64,000 nucleotides of DNA from Eledone cirrhosa (GCA_964016885.1 OZ024742.1:212970001-213034000), one strand, 5' to 3'. Counted from the stretch's first letter, positions 38,348 through 52,886 are shown. Notes: generated by a model not told the origin, from the letters alone. Numbers and translations are program-made.

Positions 38348-41300
38348 GGTCTGTTCGGACGTATATTTTCTCGCTCCCAGTTAGTCGCTTTATTTACCTG
38401 TTATAATTATTTGTTAAATTATTCTTATTGTGTAAGGGATATAAGCCCGTAGACTTTGCCCTGTGAAGGGGAAAGTATAATATTTGGGCCTTTTGGCCCA
38501 AATATTCGAACATTTTACTTTAAAAAAAAGAAAAAAATTGTTTTAAAAACATGGCTGATCCACGCCTCCCAGCAATATGTCTGCTGTCGTGTGACAACGG
38601 CGTAAAAGTTGAGAGGAGGGTTAGTGAAATTTATACAACAGACACCACCACAAACGACGTGAACAAAGACAACACTGAGAACACTAATTTTGAAAAAATT
38701 ACCACACCAACTACAACAATAACAGCGTCATCCAAAATACAGACAACAGAAAAAATGACAACAAATTTAACAACGATATTAACACCACTAACAAGAAAAT
38801 AAACAAGGACAACACCAACAGCAACAATATAAATTGCAATGAAAACAACAACAACAGTGGCACCAAAAACACAACCAACTACAACAGTGATAACAGCAAC
38901 AACACCAACAACACCGTTTGATTGCAGTAGCAACAACAACAACACCAACAACACCGTTTGTAGCAGTAGCAACAACAACAACACCAACAACACCGTTTGT
39001 AGCAGTAGCAACAGCAACAGCACCAACAAGACCAGTAGCAACAGTAGCGGCAGCAATAATGGTGCCGCTGAAAAAAGGGCCACTTCTTTCGCAGGTATGG
39101 CCCGAAATATCGCAACAGTGATAGTCATGGAGGAGGAGTTGGCAGTCGCAAGAGCCATGGTGTCAAGAAACGACAATAGAGTTTCCCTGAAACCTCCACC
39201 CGATTTCTTCAAAGACCAGCAGCTGTGCATGGTGACTTACCGCACCGTAAGCAAAATGTCACATCGGGTGGAGAGAGCCACGGAGGCTCAAATCCAAAAG
39301 TCCTTGGGGTACGCCTGGGCGCGCAAAACTCACATCACCCGAGGCAAAAGGTACGCCACAGTAGACGTACTTTTCGCCACCCCCCAAGAGGCGAAGTCTC
39401 ACTCTTTGGAAACCCTAAAGAGTGAGGAGATAGTCTTGGTGCCCTCCTACTGCGGGCAGAAAATTGTGAGGGTCAAAGTGATCCAGGTCCCGCCCGACAT
39501 GCCCATACCTTAGCTTGCCGCGTCTGTACTGCCTGGAATCGAGGACAGGACGACCAAGCTGCAAGTAGAGAAAATAGGGAGAGAGAACTGGTCAGGTATA
39601 GGCATGCAAATGCTAATTCAGACTGGCCTGGAATGCATCGAGGCCATCACAGACACCATAGACCTCGAAGAAGGGCTCCAACTCCCTATAAGCGTGGAAG
39701 GAAAGCACCCAGAGTGCTATCTCTGTGGGCAGAAGGGTCACCTCAGGGCCTTCTGCCCACAGAAGACAGCCAAGAAAAAGCCCCCCCCCCTTCCGACGCC
39801 TGATCCGCTGCTACCAAGAGCAGGGCAGGCAACAGAAGCAGAAGATCCTTCCATGGTGAGTAGGAGGGCAATGTCCGTGGCACCCATACATAGGCCACGG
39901 ACAACTAAAGCAGCGGCAGCAGTGGCGGAAACACCAACAGTCGCAGTAGCTACACCGGCGGCAAAATTGCCGGAGCGGGCTCCACTACCACCACCAAAAT
40001 CAGTGGAGTTCATACCCCTACCAGACGCCACAGAATCTATCATGGAGTATGAGGCGGGAGGGAAGTGGCAAACGGTCTGCCACAAAAAAAAAGAAAAAAA
40101 GAAAAACCCCTTAGCTTCACCAACCAAAAGGGACGGTTCTACTGTCCTTTCACCACACGATCAAGGTAAGTGATCCTTTCTCACTTACCCGGTTTCTCAT
40201 CCAACATGGCCGTACTTAGAATAGGCAGTATAAATGTACGTGGCCTGGGGTCATCTTGGAATCAGCGTCACCTGCTCAACGACATCAGGTCACTAAACAT
40301 AGATGTGGTGGCCATCAGTGAGACCAGAATCTCCGAAGCACGAGCCTTCGCACCGATCTTCGGCGGCTACGATGTATACGCATCTCCCAGCCGTCCAGGA
40401 TCGGAGGGGAGGGTTTGCCGTGCTTTTTCGGATAGGCTTGGATTTCACCATATGGGCCATCTTCCTGGACCCAGAAGGTAAGTCGGTGGTGCTGGACGTG
40501 ACCAGCAGCGAAGACAATGCTTTCAGGCTAGTAGCCGTCTATGCCCCAACAGGGACAGGACGGCCAGATTTCTTCAGACGTCTAGAGATCTTTCTTGGAA
40601 CGTCCCGCTCTTTAGTGTTAGTGGGCGACTGGAACGGTATCTTAGATGCACGGTGGGATTATGTGGGGCTAGTAGACAGGGTAGGAGGGTGTAAAAGCCT
40701 CAACAACCTGCTCAGACGTTTTGAACTGTCTGACAGGTATAGACTGGATTATCCGAATGTGCTTATGTGGACATGGGCAAACCGCAACGGGTCATCCAGA
40801 TCGTATTTAGATAGGGTATTCTGTAGGGAAACAGATAAGGCTAGTGTAGGTTCTCCACAATTTAAAGTAGTCGACTACACGGACCACAAGTTTGTGATCT
40901 GTGGAGTTGACTTAGATAGACTCCATAGGCAAGGGCCCGGCTACTGGAAGCTGAACGCGTCGTTCCCGGCGCATAAAGCTTACAGAGACCGGATTAGCGA
41001 ATTAGTTAAGCGTGCGTTGACGGATGCGATCGTCAACAACAGGTGGTGGTTTATCCTGAAAAGGGCTATTAGAGTAGAATCGATAAGGTTTAGCAAAGGA
41101 GTAGTGATAGAGGAAAATAGAGTAGAGGGTGAGTTAGTTCGAAAACTAGAAGAGTCGTTTAGGATAGGCATCGCAACCGACGTGCTTGCGGCGAGATTGG
41201 CACTCGACCAATTTTTCAACGCAAAGCATGAAGGCTGCGTTGTCAGAGCTAGAGCGCGTACTCTAAGACACGAGGGGACGAAAGCCGTTCAATGGGCCCG

Positions 41301-43212
41301 GGTGGTAGAGGCGCGATGTGGCAACAAGTCCACAATTTGGTCTTTGCCTGATCAAAACGGGCGTATGTTGCTCGAACCCGAGAAGTTGTGCGCGGCTTTT
41401 CAATAGCACTTTGCTCAATTGTTCGGGAGTGGCGGGGGGATTTCGGTGCATACCTCGACGGACTGCCGCGGCTCTCGACGACCGCAGCGCAGTGCTGCGA
41501 AAAGCCGATAACAGCAGGTGAAATACGGGAAGCAATGCACGAGGGGTAAATCGCCAGGTTTGGATGGTCCGCCCTACGAGCTTTATGCGTATATGCCAGA
41601 CTTGTTCGGCGACCTCTTGGCAGATGTCTACTGCAACTGGCAGCAGAATGGGAGCATTCCCAGTTTTGTGAGCCCGGGAGCAGTGGTGCTGCTGAGAAAA
41701 GACCCGAACAAGGGTGAAGTTATAGACAACTTCAGGCCCATAACCCTGCTAAACGCAGAGTTTAAGATTTTAGCCAACGTGATAGCAAAGAGATTGGCGC
41801 TTGTCGTCGATGATCTGGTGGGAGAGGCGCAGACATGCGCCATTCTGGACAGATCCATCCACGACAACCGCCATCTCATATGATACATCATAGAGAGGGT
41901 GGTTAAGGAACCTGGCACGGGTGGGGCCCTGATCAACTTGGATCAATCTAAAGCATTTGATAGGGTCGACCATCGGTACATGGCTGCGGTCCTCGAGGCG
42001 GCCGGCTTCGGGCCCGTTTTTAGGGGCTGGATCGCTGCGATGCACAGCGACATCTGCTCGATTGTGAGGGTGAATGGTCACCTCTCGCAGCCTTTCAGCA
42101 TCATGCGCTCGGTCCACCAGGGTTTCCCCCTCTCGTCCCTCCTGTACGTACTTGCCCTCGAGCAGGGTGGCCTCTCTCACCCAGAAATGGGCTGAGAGGA
42201 GGCCCTCTCTGAAAGGTCGGGCGGAGGTGGCGAATGCGTACATAGCGTCCGTCATCTGCTACCACCTGACGGTCGTACCTTTCCCCCGCCCAACTCTGAT
42301 CAAAATGGAGCGCCTTCTCTTCCGCTTTTTGTGGAAGGGACGTGCTCCGATGGTCAGACGATCTATTTGCTGTCAACACCCGTTGCGTGGAGGACTAGGC
42401 ATGCCGGGGCTGATGATGCACAAACATGCGCTGAGGCTGCGACACCTGTGGTGCTTCCTTGGCTGTGAACAGGTGTGGTCGCCGTTTGCCAGACGCGATT
42501 TTCCCCAGCTAGTCTCCTTGACGGAGCTGCAGTCCTGGATCAGGAAAAGACCGAGGGATAGCACTTGGAAGCTGGAATGTCTCCAAGCGATCACCGCTCT
42601 CTACCGGCTGGGCACTAGTATCGGTGGAACATCCACCTCGGCGTTCTATAGAGGGCTAGTGGAGGGAAAGAGCGACGACGTTCTCGGGGAGACCCTGAGC
42701 GTCGAAGACAATCAGCTGTTCGCTCTCTTCAAGAGAACTTTCAGACCGGGGCCTATGGACAACTTCCAGAAATCACTGGCCTGGCAGTGTTACCGGGGAG
42801 CGTTGCCGGTTCGGGATAAGGTCTACAGGCAAGGAGGTGCTGTCAGCCGATCAGGTCCGAGATGCGTGCAGGGCGACAAAACCGTCCTTCACGCACTCGT
42901 TCAGTGCCCGAGGATTGCTGACATGTGAAGCTATATCGAACACCTGCTGTCGCGTGTAGGACGGATCCGGTTATCGACTGAGTCCATTGTGCAGATAGCC
43001 CCGTGGTCTTTTGTGTGGTTTTCACCACGAGTGACCCTCGGAGGTTTCGCCCTCCTTGGGGAATTTTTGTGGTTTGAATTTTTTTGGATTTCTAGCCCGA
43101 TTTCGTTATAACCTGTTTACACGACTAAAACCCACTTTGTATCGTCCTGTACTGTTCTGTACCGTCTCTAATGTTTTTCTTCGTGTCAGCCGTTGTGGCC
43201 AATAAAGAAACC
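38348..43212 (+). mobile_element. Tx1-type LINE copy B (decayed), flanked by (ATT)n on both sides
   Basis: ORF1 with CYLCGQKGHLRAFC; APE NVRGL..SET, GDWN, TDH; RT with the YADD segment deleted at ~42163. Confidence 0.9.
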
Positions 43213-43277
43213 ATTATTATTATTATTATTGTTATTCTGGCCTTGTGCCTATAATATAAATCATCATTATTATTATA

Positions 43278-43708
43278 GGGCGGTGGATTGGCAGTATCGG
43301 TAGAGGGTCGGACGCCAAGCTTTCCAGCATAGTTACGTCCCTTTACGATCTGAGTTCAAATCCCGCCAAGGTTGACTTTGCCTTTCATCCTTACGGGGTC
43401 GATAAAATAAAGTACCAGTAATGCACTGGGTATATTGCTGGCCTTGTGCCTAAAGTAGAAACAATTATTATTATACTGATGAGGGCTATGAATTGTCCGT
43501 ATCGTTAGAGCGTCGGACATCATGCTTGGCGGCATAGGGATACGGCCCTTTACGTTTTGAGCTCAAAATCCCGCCGAGGTTAGCTTTGTCTTTCATCCTT
43601 ACGGGTCGATAAAATGCAGCACCAGTAATGCATTGTGATCAATTTAATTGACTTTCCCTTCCCCCCAAATTTCTGGCTTTGTGCCTAAATCAGAAACCAT
43701 TATTATTA
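43278..43708 (+). mobile_element. Two tandem family-1 SINEs directly after the LINE B tail
   Basis: Full head-core-tail units, each ending in ATT repeats. Confidence 0.9.
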
Positions 43709-44167
43709 CTCTTGTTACTTGTTCTGCTGACGCAATATTTTTGTTTTTCATTTGTTTACAACACACACATCGTTGTAGTTTTATTATTTTCTCGGTCACA
43801 CGCTCCGTTGAAGAGGATGCCGTCCTATTTCTGAGTGCTACAGGCAGAAACCGCACCAAGATTTTCTGGATTATTTCCCAAACACGAATCCAGCCAGGAA
43901 ATATGGCGTCATCAGCTTTATTTTCAAGCGAAAATAGCGACAGCAAAACACGAAAAGCTGTGCAATGGCAACACCCCAAGACGTGCTCGTTCTCAATTCC
44001 CTGATATGTCCTGTGACGAAGGAGACGTACATGAGGAGTGACAATGTCTCCATAAAAAGGAAAAGAATACAAAAAAATATAAAAATCTGAATTATTCAAA
44101 AAGTGGGCAGGAGGAATATAAAAGACACAAGAGTGACAATAACATTAGCATCAGCTTCATCATCATG

Positions 44168-44680
44168 TGCGTGAAGATATTTTTTAAGATGAGGAAAGAC
44201 TGTGCACTGAGCCAATCCCACTCTGTGAGCGACAGTAGCTATAACCCGAAAAGAAGAGATCAACATCATCGGTAACTACTGAGCCGCAGGTTTTATATCG
44301 GAGTTATCCCAGTTTCCTGAGCTGCTTTCTCCTAGAAGAATGCTCTGACAAAGGCTAGGGGTCCTTCACTACCAGTGGTTTAACCCCGCGATCGGGTGTC
44401 CAGCCCGACTATTTCTATGTCCCCGCGCATATACATATACATACATATGTACATGTGTATATACATATTTACACACTTTTGAATGGCCGTAGACTCTTAT
44501 GAGTTCTTCCGCCCTTTGTCAGGTTTTGTTTTTTGTCCTGCAGGGTGTCCAAAATCACCCTCCTCACCAAGTAAGCTTGGTGGGATTGCCGGTTTAGTCG
44601 CCGACGACCCGACCATGCGACAGGTTGTACTGGGTTACATGTTACCAGTAGCACTCAGGAGTGACCCGACATACATACAT
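44168..44680 (-). repeat. Dispersed repeat, possibly derived from an RTE 5' UTR; second copy at 52612-52870 plus 54598-54755
   Basis: High nucleotide identity between the blocks; the second copy is split by the RTE insertion. Confidence 0.7.
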
Positions 44681-44705
44681 ATCTACATACATACTTATAT
44701 ACATA

Positions 44706-45004
44706 CAGGGTTGGATTTAGACCTTGGGGGACCCAGGGTACTTCATGGTGGGGCCTCTCATACACATAAAAAAATAGAATACGCAGCAAAACACAATTTT
44801 ACATATCAAAATTAGCTTGGTACAAGTAATTGGAATTGAAAAATTATATATACAGATATTAAATTTAAAAATTCTAATCATCCTAAAACTAAAAAGCCCA
44901 GCTGAGGGCACAAATAAATTGCTATAACCGTCGCAAGTGCCCCCTCCCCCCTACAGAGAGACCAGGGCAATTGCCCCCTTTGTCACCCTTTAAATCCGGC
45001 CCTG
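44706..45004. mobile_element. hAT-like MITE
   Basis: 14-bp imperfect TIRs CAGGGTTGGATTTA / TAAATCCGGCCCTG; 8-bp flanks tatacata/catacata inside an ACAT microsatellite. Confidence 0.7.
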
Positions 45005-45370
45005 CATACATACATACATACATACATACATACATAATACATACATACATACATACATACTTACACAGGGACGGTGGGGCCAATTTGGACAATTTAGTTG
45101 ATGTGCTTAGTTTAGCTATTGCACTCTAAAATGGTCAGAAAACTTGGATAAGCGATAAACATAAAATGTATAGATTGTAGCGCATATCCAAATAGATGTG
45201 TGTTTTGGTAGTTTGGGGAGAAAATATAATTATTGGAGGGGGACATGCCTTCCCCCAGTTCCGCCGCTACTGTATATAATTTAAAAAAAATTATGCTCTA
45301 TGCCTTTTCCCAAATATCGAGGTTCTTCGCATTTGGGAAGAAACTGATTTTATACCCAATTTATTTACCT

Positions 45371-45466
<96 letters not shown>

Positions 45467-45534
45467 TTCATTTCTCATGGCTATTGGTGAGCTTTGTTAC
45501 TCTAAAGTTTCACCTGCGCACTCACAGGATCACC

Positions 45535-45589
45535 AGTCTTGTCTGATGACCCTGTAAGTACACAGGTGAGACGCCAGAGTAACAAGACT
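45535..45589 (+). ncRNA. Minimal type I hammerhead-like motif (Penelope-type) with an inverted partner upstream
   Basis: AGUCUUGU-CUGAUGA-stem II-GAGAC-gccaga-GUA-ACAAGACU; stem I is 8 bp; core reads GAGA instead of GAAA. Confidence 0.6.
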
Positions 45590-46019
45590 TATCACTTGGT
45601 CATAATAAATGAATATTTAAACTCTACTTCGGTATTGAGTTTTCATTCTTACGTCCGTCAATAATTCACATACTCTCAGGTCTTGAATAATCGCCGCCTC
45701 CACCTGATTATTAATTTGTCAGAATCACCCCCGCCCCTCCGTTTTTATTCCACCCCACCCCACCCCACCCCACACAAGCTTAATAAAATTTACTAATCTA
45801 TCTCCGGCGAAACTTTATTGTTAGTGATTCATATTGATACAGCAGCCGAAGAATCTAGTAATTATTTTATTTTACATAAAAACAACATTATATAAACAAT
45901 TATATATGACAAAAGAAGAACATTACAAGAAATCCCATATTTACGAACGTACACTATACAATTACTGATTTCCTAAGCCACCCTATTATTGCCACCCTTC
46001 CTATTATTTTGGACCCGAG

Positions 46020-46649
46020 AGTGCCACCAAACTCTCCTTCTCTCTATGTCTATCACACAAAACTCTCTTTTAATCCCCCTCCCTGTATCTACTAAATCCA
46101 AACTCTACCCCTCCCTATATCTACTACGACACCGCCTCTCTTATCCGACTCTCTATATCTAAGATTATACACTCTCTCACTCTCTATAGATATCTACACT
46201 TATCTCTCCCAATCCTCCTCTGTATATCAATCACCCTTAAACCATCACCCTCTCTATATCTACTACACGGCACTCTCCCATTATCCCACTCTGTATATCT
46301 ACAACCACCAAATTCTCCCTCTCTCTATATCTACTACATGGTACTCTCTTCCAATATATATCAATCAACACCAAACTATCTCCCTCTCTATACTACACAG
46401 ATCTCTCTTCCAATCTTCCTCTCTATATCAATTAGCACCAAACTCTCCCCCTCTCTATATCTACTACATGGAACTAGCTTCCAATCTCCCTCTCTATATC
46501 AATTAACCCCAAACTCTCCCCCTCACTATAACTTCTACACGGAACTCTCTTCAAATTCCTCTCTCTATATCAATAAAAATCAACCTCTCTCCCTCTATAT
46601 CTAATAAACAACACACTCTCCCGACCTTCTTCTCTATATCAATTACCAC
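46020..46649. repeat. Degenerate CT-rich minisatellite (~35/70-bp units), continuing at 52344-52385
   Basis: Recurrent ccaaactctcccctctctatatctactacac / ctctatatcaatta motifs. Confidence 0.8.
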
Positions 46650-49600
46650 TTGATATAGACGTGAATTACTTCGCTCCGGATTTTTACGGATTATTGTCAA
46701 AAAAACTGTGAGTTTATTGATCAATTTAATAGCATTGTTTAGTTTAACCCCTTGCCTGGGCCGTCAGACGTTGAGTCAACTAATTTTCGCCCCTTTCTGG
46801 GGCGAAATTTTCATTTTCATCTCAAAACTGTGTAGACTTGGTGGCAATGGATGCCATTTCCACCTCGCACACTGTCGTGAGTGCCACGCCCACTAAGAAA
46901 AGTGGTGGAGGGAAGGTAGGAGTACAAAGCTTGCAGCCTTCCCCCCTCACATTATCGAAAAACGTTGAAAATATTGAAACCACGAAACCAAACCCGGTAA
47001 ATAATACCAGCACCAACAACAAGAACAATGACAATAACACCACAACCAGCAACTGCAACAATAGCAACACCAAGGAAAACATGAACAATATTACCAACAG
47101 TGACAACAACAGCAGCAACAAAAAAGACAACAACACCAAAACAACATTCGCACAGACTGTAAAAAAAAACGAACTATACACGCCAATAGACATAACAAAT
47201 GCTAAACAACTATTACAAGACGCAAAACAATTCGTGACTTTTGGCGAAAACGGTGCTTTTAGCATCAATTCTCCACAGGAATTACGTAGAGAGGCTGTCC
47301 TGAAAACCACAGTTTTCAGGACAATATCGAACGAAACAAGAAAACCAGCTCAATTATCACAAAATGAAATTGAGCTGGTTCTAAAAGATGCAATGAAGGA
47401 CATAACCTTCATACAAAAAGGTAAACTGTTTGGTAGCATTTCGGTGCTAATGAACAACCAGTTAACAGCACAAAAGTACTCGGTATCACCCATTGTCCCC
47501 CCCGCTTCACCTTTTTCCCCACATACAGGGGAAAAAGGACACAAAGAATAAAAATAATGAGTATCACACCAAATGTAAATATTTGGTGGATACTATGTGG
47601 AATCATTGACTTTGATGAAGACAAGATAATTTCGATAGGAAAGTCCTTCGGAGGTGTATTTGGTGGGACCAGCGTAGAAGTTCTGGTGCAAATGAGCCCA
47701 GAACGAATAGCGAATATCCCACAACGCGTGCCTCTGGACGGGCTAACTTATATAAACATTTCAGTGGAGGGAAGGCGGCCGTCATGTTACCACTGCTTAA
47801 GCAGGGGTTACCTGAGGGCTGCCTGTCCTCAATTAATGAGTAAAAAAAAACGGCTCTTCTGCCAACCCCGAACACAACAACACAACCACCACCACCACAA
47901 CAACAACAACAACCACAACAACACGGAAAAATAACAACACAAAACACTGTTCCACCCAACCCCTCCCCACCTAAAAAAAATACAAAAGCAACCACAACAA
48001 AACCCCCAAATATACCCCTCCCCAACAACACGGAAGAGGACTCCGTATCAATGTCACCCAGTGACGACGAGGGAGAACCCTTTCAACAGGTGAAAAGGAA
48101 AAAAAAGGCACCACATTAACAAAAATGCTACAAACACACAACCACCAGCACAAACAGAACAAACATCACAAACAAAAAAACTCACCCCTCCCCAAAACAT
48201 AACACATACTACAAAACGCAAACACGCACAAGAACAACAAACAAAAACAAACACAACACAACAAAAACTCTATACATACATTAACAAGAACAATAAAACT
48301 TTGATGAAAGCGATAGAAAATAACCCTTCGGTGGAAACCGAAGGGATCACTTTCACCTACGCAGCGAACAAACCGCACCTAATGATGATTAGGGTCCCAA
48401 CGGAAACCTATGTAACTTTGAAAAAGAACCATCCAATGCATGTGGGGACCAACTGCACCAAACCACATAACAGCGTCCTATTGAGATGTTTCCCCACCCC
48501 CACACCAGGCACCCACACCCCACCAAACACCCTAATCCCACCACACACTGATGTCCTCACCCCACCACAAACCACCACCCCACCAAACAACCCTTCCAAC
48601 ACCCCCATGGAAATTGTGCAGCCTGGTCCCCAGGAGACGAAGAGGTAAGTAATTTCCTTTCCTCTTCCTTTTTAACTCTTCAGCACCAACATGGCCAATA
48701 TAAGAGATGGATGTGTGAATGCACGCGGCTTGGGGATGTCCTGGAAACAGGGCAAACTCTTAAATGACCTCAGGTCGCACAGAGTGGATGTAATGGTTAT
48801 TTGCGAGTCCAGGATCAGCAGCGAGCGCCAGCTGGCCCCCATCTTCGACGACTTTGAGATCTACGCATCTCTCTGTCAGCCGAGGGGTGGGGGTGGGGTT
48901 GTCGTTTTGCTGCGAAAATACCTGGGTCTTGCCACACAGAAGGTACACCTGGACCCGGAGGGTCGACTGGTGGTTTTAGACGTCGGCAGTGGTGAAGGTG
49001 GAGCTTTCAGGCTGGTGGCAGCGTATGCCCCATCTGGGACACCGCGACCGGACTTCTTCCGACGCCTGGAGAATTTCCTGGGAACGTCTCGCTCCTTGCT
49101 TTTAGTGGGGGACTGGAATGGTATCCTGGATGCACGTTGGGACTATGTAGGGGCATGTCCCGATAGAGGGGGGTGTAACAGCCTCAAACGATTAATCGGC
49201 CGATTTGATCTGGCCGATAGATATCGACTAGATTTTCCGACTGTGCCACGGTGGACGTGGAGTAATCGCAGCGGAACATCTAGGTCGTACCTAGATAGGT
49301 TCCTAGTTAGAAATAAGGATAGGGACATATTAAGCTGTCCACGAATGTTCATGGTTGACTATTCGGATCACAAGTTGTTGACCGGAGTGGTCAACCTTGA
49401 TAGAACTCATAGACAGGGACCCGGTTACTGGAAGCTAAACTTGTCTTTACCGACAAACAAAGCTTACAGTAAGCACACTAGTTAAGCAACGTTTGACGGG
49501 GGCAATTGTCAACAACAGGTGGTGGGCTCTCTCAAGAGAGAAATTAGAATAGAATCGATAGGTTTTAGTCGGGAATTAGCATCAGATAGGAATAGAACTG

Positions 49601-52328
49601 AAAGGGAATTAACAAATAGAGTAGAAGAGGCGATTAGGAGTGGCAACGTGGCCGGCGTGCTGGCGTCAAGAACGGCCCTAGACCAGTTCTTTGATGCGAA
49701 GCACGAGGGCCGCGTTATCAGGAGTAAAATACGTGCTCTGGGTAACGAGGGAGCCAAAGCTGTTAGCTGGGCCCGAGTGACAGGGGCAAAAAGTGGAAAC
49801 AAGTCCACGATTCGGTCTTTGAAGGACCAGGATGGACGCGTGATCCTTGAAGCGCGGCCTTTCAACGGCGCTTTGCACGACTATTCGGGAGCGGCGGCGG
49901 GCCGGATGGGGTCATGGATAGCGGTCCATACCTCGACGGTCTGGCGCGGCTCTCGGACGGGGAGGCGAAGTCCTGCGAGAGGCCGATTTCAGCCGCTGAG
50001 CCAATGCGGCAAACGCAAATCTCCGGGTCTCGATGGTCTACCATACGAACTTTATGTAGCGATGCCGGGCTTGTTCTCCGGTCTCCTCGAGGCGGTCTAC
50101 TGCAACTGGCAACAGAACGGGAGAATTTCTAGTTCTTTGACCAAGGGCGTAGTCACGCTGGTGAGGAAGGACGAGAACAAGGGGGATGACATAGATAACT
50201 TCAGGCCCATAACTCTGCTAAACACAGAGTTAAAGATTTTGGCCAAGGTGTTAGCGAAGAGGTTGGCGTTTGTCGTCGGGAACCTGGTGGGAGAAGCGCA
50301 GACATGCGCAATCCCGTCCAGGTCCATACACGACAACCTCCACCTCATGCGATACATCGTAGAGAGGGTAGGGAACGAACCCGGCTTTGGTGGGGCCCTG
50401 ATCAACTTGGATCAATCTAAGGCGTTCGATAGGGTTGACCTTCGGTACCTGGATGCGGTGCTCGCGGCGGCAGGCTTCGGACCCGTTTTCAGGGGCTGGA
50501 TTGCTGCAATGCACAGCAGCAACACCTGCTCGAGGGTCAAGGTGAACGGCTACCTCTCGGAGCCGTTCCAAATCACGCGATCCATCCGACAGGGATGCCC
50601 TCTCTCCTCCCTCCTGTATGTGCTGGCTCTAGAGCCACTACTGCGGAAGCTGGAGCTGTTGCAGGGCATCCCCTTGGAACCGGGATTGCGGAAAGCGGTG
50701 TCGGCCTACGCCGATGACGTGACAGTAATGGTGTCGTGCGCCTCGGAAATCGGGCAGATCGGCACCTTACTGGAGGAATATGAAAGGTTCACAGGAGCCA
50801 AGCTGAACCGGGACAAGTCCGTCGGATTGCAACTCGGGACGTGGAGGGGCAAAACGATGCCCTCCGACGGCATCGTCGGACGCTGGACGGAGGGACCGGT
50901 GAAGCTGCTCGGGGTCTGGTTCGGACCGGACCTCCAGGTGGAGAAAAACTGAGACGAGGTAACGGGCAAGGTGTTTGCACTCGCCCAGAAGTGGGCCGAG
51001 TGCAAACTATCCCGGAAATGTCGAGCGGAGGTGGCGAACGCTTATATAGCGTCCGTCATCTACTACCGCTTGACCGTCGTGCCTTGCCCAGAGAAAACAC
51101 TCGCCAAAATGGAGCGCGCGCTCTTCCGATTTCTTTGGAAGAAGCGGGCTCCTTTGGTGAGAAGATCCATCTGCTGTCAACACCCTTCAAACGGAGGGCT
51201 GGGGATGCCGTGGCTGAGGATGCGTAGACACGCATTAAGGCTACGGCACCTCCAGGTATTCCTCACCGGTCAGCCGGTGTGGGCCCTGATTGTGAGGCGA
51301 GCCTTTCCGAGACTCGTCTCACTCACCGAGCTGCAATCCTGGGTCAAGCAAAGACCGAGAAAAGTGGGCGACTGGCACATTGAATGTGCCCAGGCGCTCA
51401 CGGCCCTCTGGCAAGCGGATCCGGCAGTCAGTGGAGACTCAACCTCAACATTCTATAGAGAGTTGGCGCGCAGTAAGTGCGACGACGCTCTCGGAGAGGC
51501 TCTGGGCATGGAGGAAGATGAGTTGGCCAGTCTGTTCGGTAGGACGTTTGGCCCGGGACCGATGGAGAACTTCCAAAAGTCCCTGGCTTGGCAATGTTAC
51601 CGAGGAGCTCTACCCGTTCGGGACAAGCTCTACAGACACGGGCGCCCGGGTAGGGACCCCTCGAAGAAGATCTGTCCGAGATGCGTGCGTGACGAAGAAA
51701 CTGTCGCACACGCATTCGTACACTGCCCGGGCGTTGCTGACCTGTGGGGCTATGTGGAACGACTACTGCGCGTGTGGGACCAATCCGGTTGACCACCGAG
51801 AACATTGTCACGATCAAACCGCCTTCCCCTTTCAAAAACGAAGGAGAGGCGGTTTTCCTCTGTGTGATAGCTATGGCGAAAGAAGTTGTATGGTGGACAA
51901 GGTTGAAAGGGCTGAGGTCAGACACCTTTCTCTCCGGCCAACAACTGATCTTTTGTTCAAGTACCACTTTAGAAGAAGGATCAGAATGGAGAGAGAGGTG
52001 CTCTGCCCCAGCAAGTTTTATGAAAGGTGGGTGAAAGTAGCGAGAATGGCCCGAGTGAATGGGCCTTCTCTCTATATCAGCTTGTAGGTGAGAGAGGAGA
52101 AGAATGAGCAGAGGAAGGAAGCACCCGCTCTTTGTGCTCCTGAAGAGGAGGGTTGCACATTTTTTCGGGGGTGTGTGCGACCCATGTCAACGCCCCTCCC
52201 TATTGAGGACATCGATTGTTAAATTTAATTTGTTATATGTTTTTTACACGTCTTTTTAAATGTATGTAAACTCCCCCCTTTGTATTTGTCCCAATCTTTG
52301 ATGCCCTGGTGGCAAATAAATAGAAATT
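46650..52328 (+). mobile_element. Tx1-type LINE copy C (full-length, frameshifted)
   Basis: 15-bp TSD tatatcaattaccac (46635-46649; 52329-52343); ORF1 46838-48648 in pieces; ORF2 48691-52087 with APE, RT (YADD) and Zn motif. Confidence 0.95.
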
Positions 52329-52886
52329 TATATCAATTACCACCAAACTCTCTCCCTCTTTATATCTATATCTATCTCTGTCTCTAAATAACATGTACAT
52401 AAATGGTAGCGTATATGTAAATAGATGTGTGTTTTTGTAGTTTGGGGAAAAAAATATAATTATTCGGGGAAGGGGTGCATCCCCCCCTGCCCCCACCCAG
52501 TTCAACCGCCCCTGATACATACATGATGGCTGCCCCCTCGTTATCGAGTATGGCCATTGCACGATATAACATCATTAATAGTTATCAATTAAGCTTTCGT
52601 GCAATGCCTGTGCGTGAAGATTTTTTTAAAGTAAGGAAAGACTGTGCACTGACCCAATCCCACTCTCTGAGCGACAGTAGCTATAACCTGAAAAGAAGAA
52701 AAGATCAACCTCATCGGTAACTACTGAGCCGCAGGATTTATATCGGAGTTATCCCAATTTTCTGAGTTGCCTTCTCCTAGAAGAATGCCCTGACAATGTC
52801 CTTCACTCCCAGTGGTTTGACCGCGCGATCAGGTGTCCAGCCCGATTATTTCTATGTGCCCGCGCATATATAGACATATGTATACA

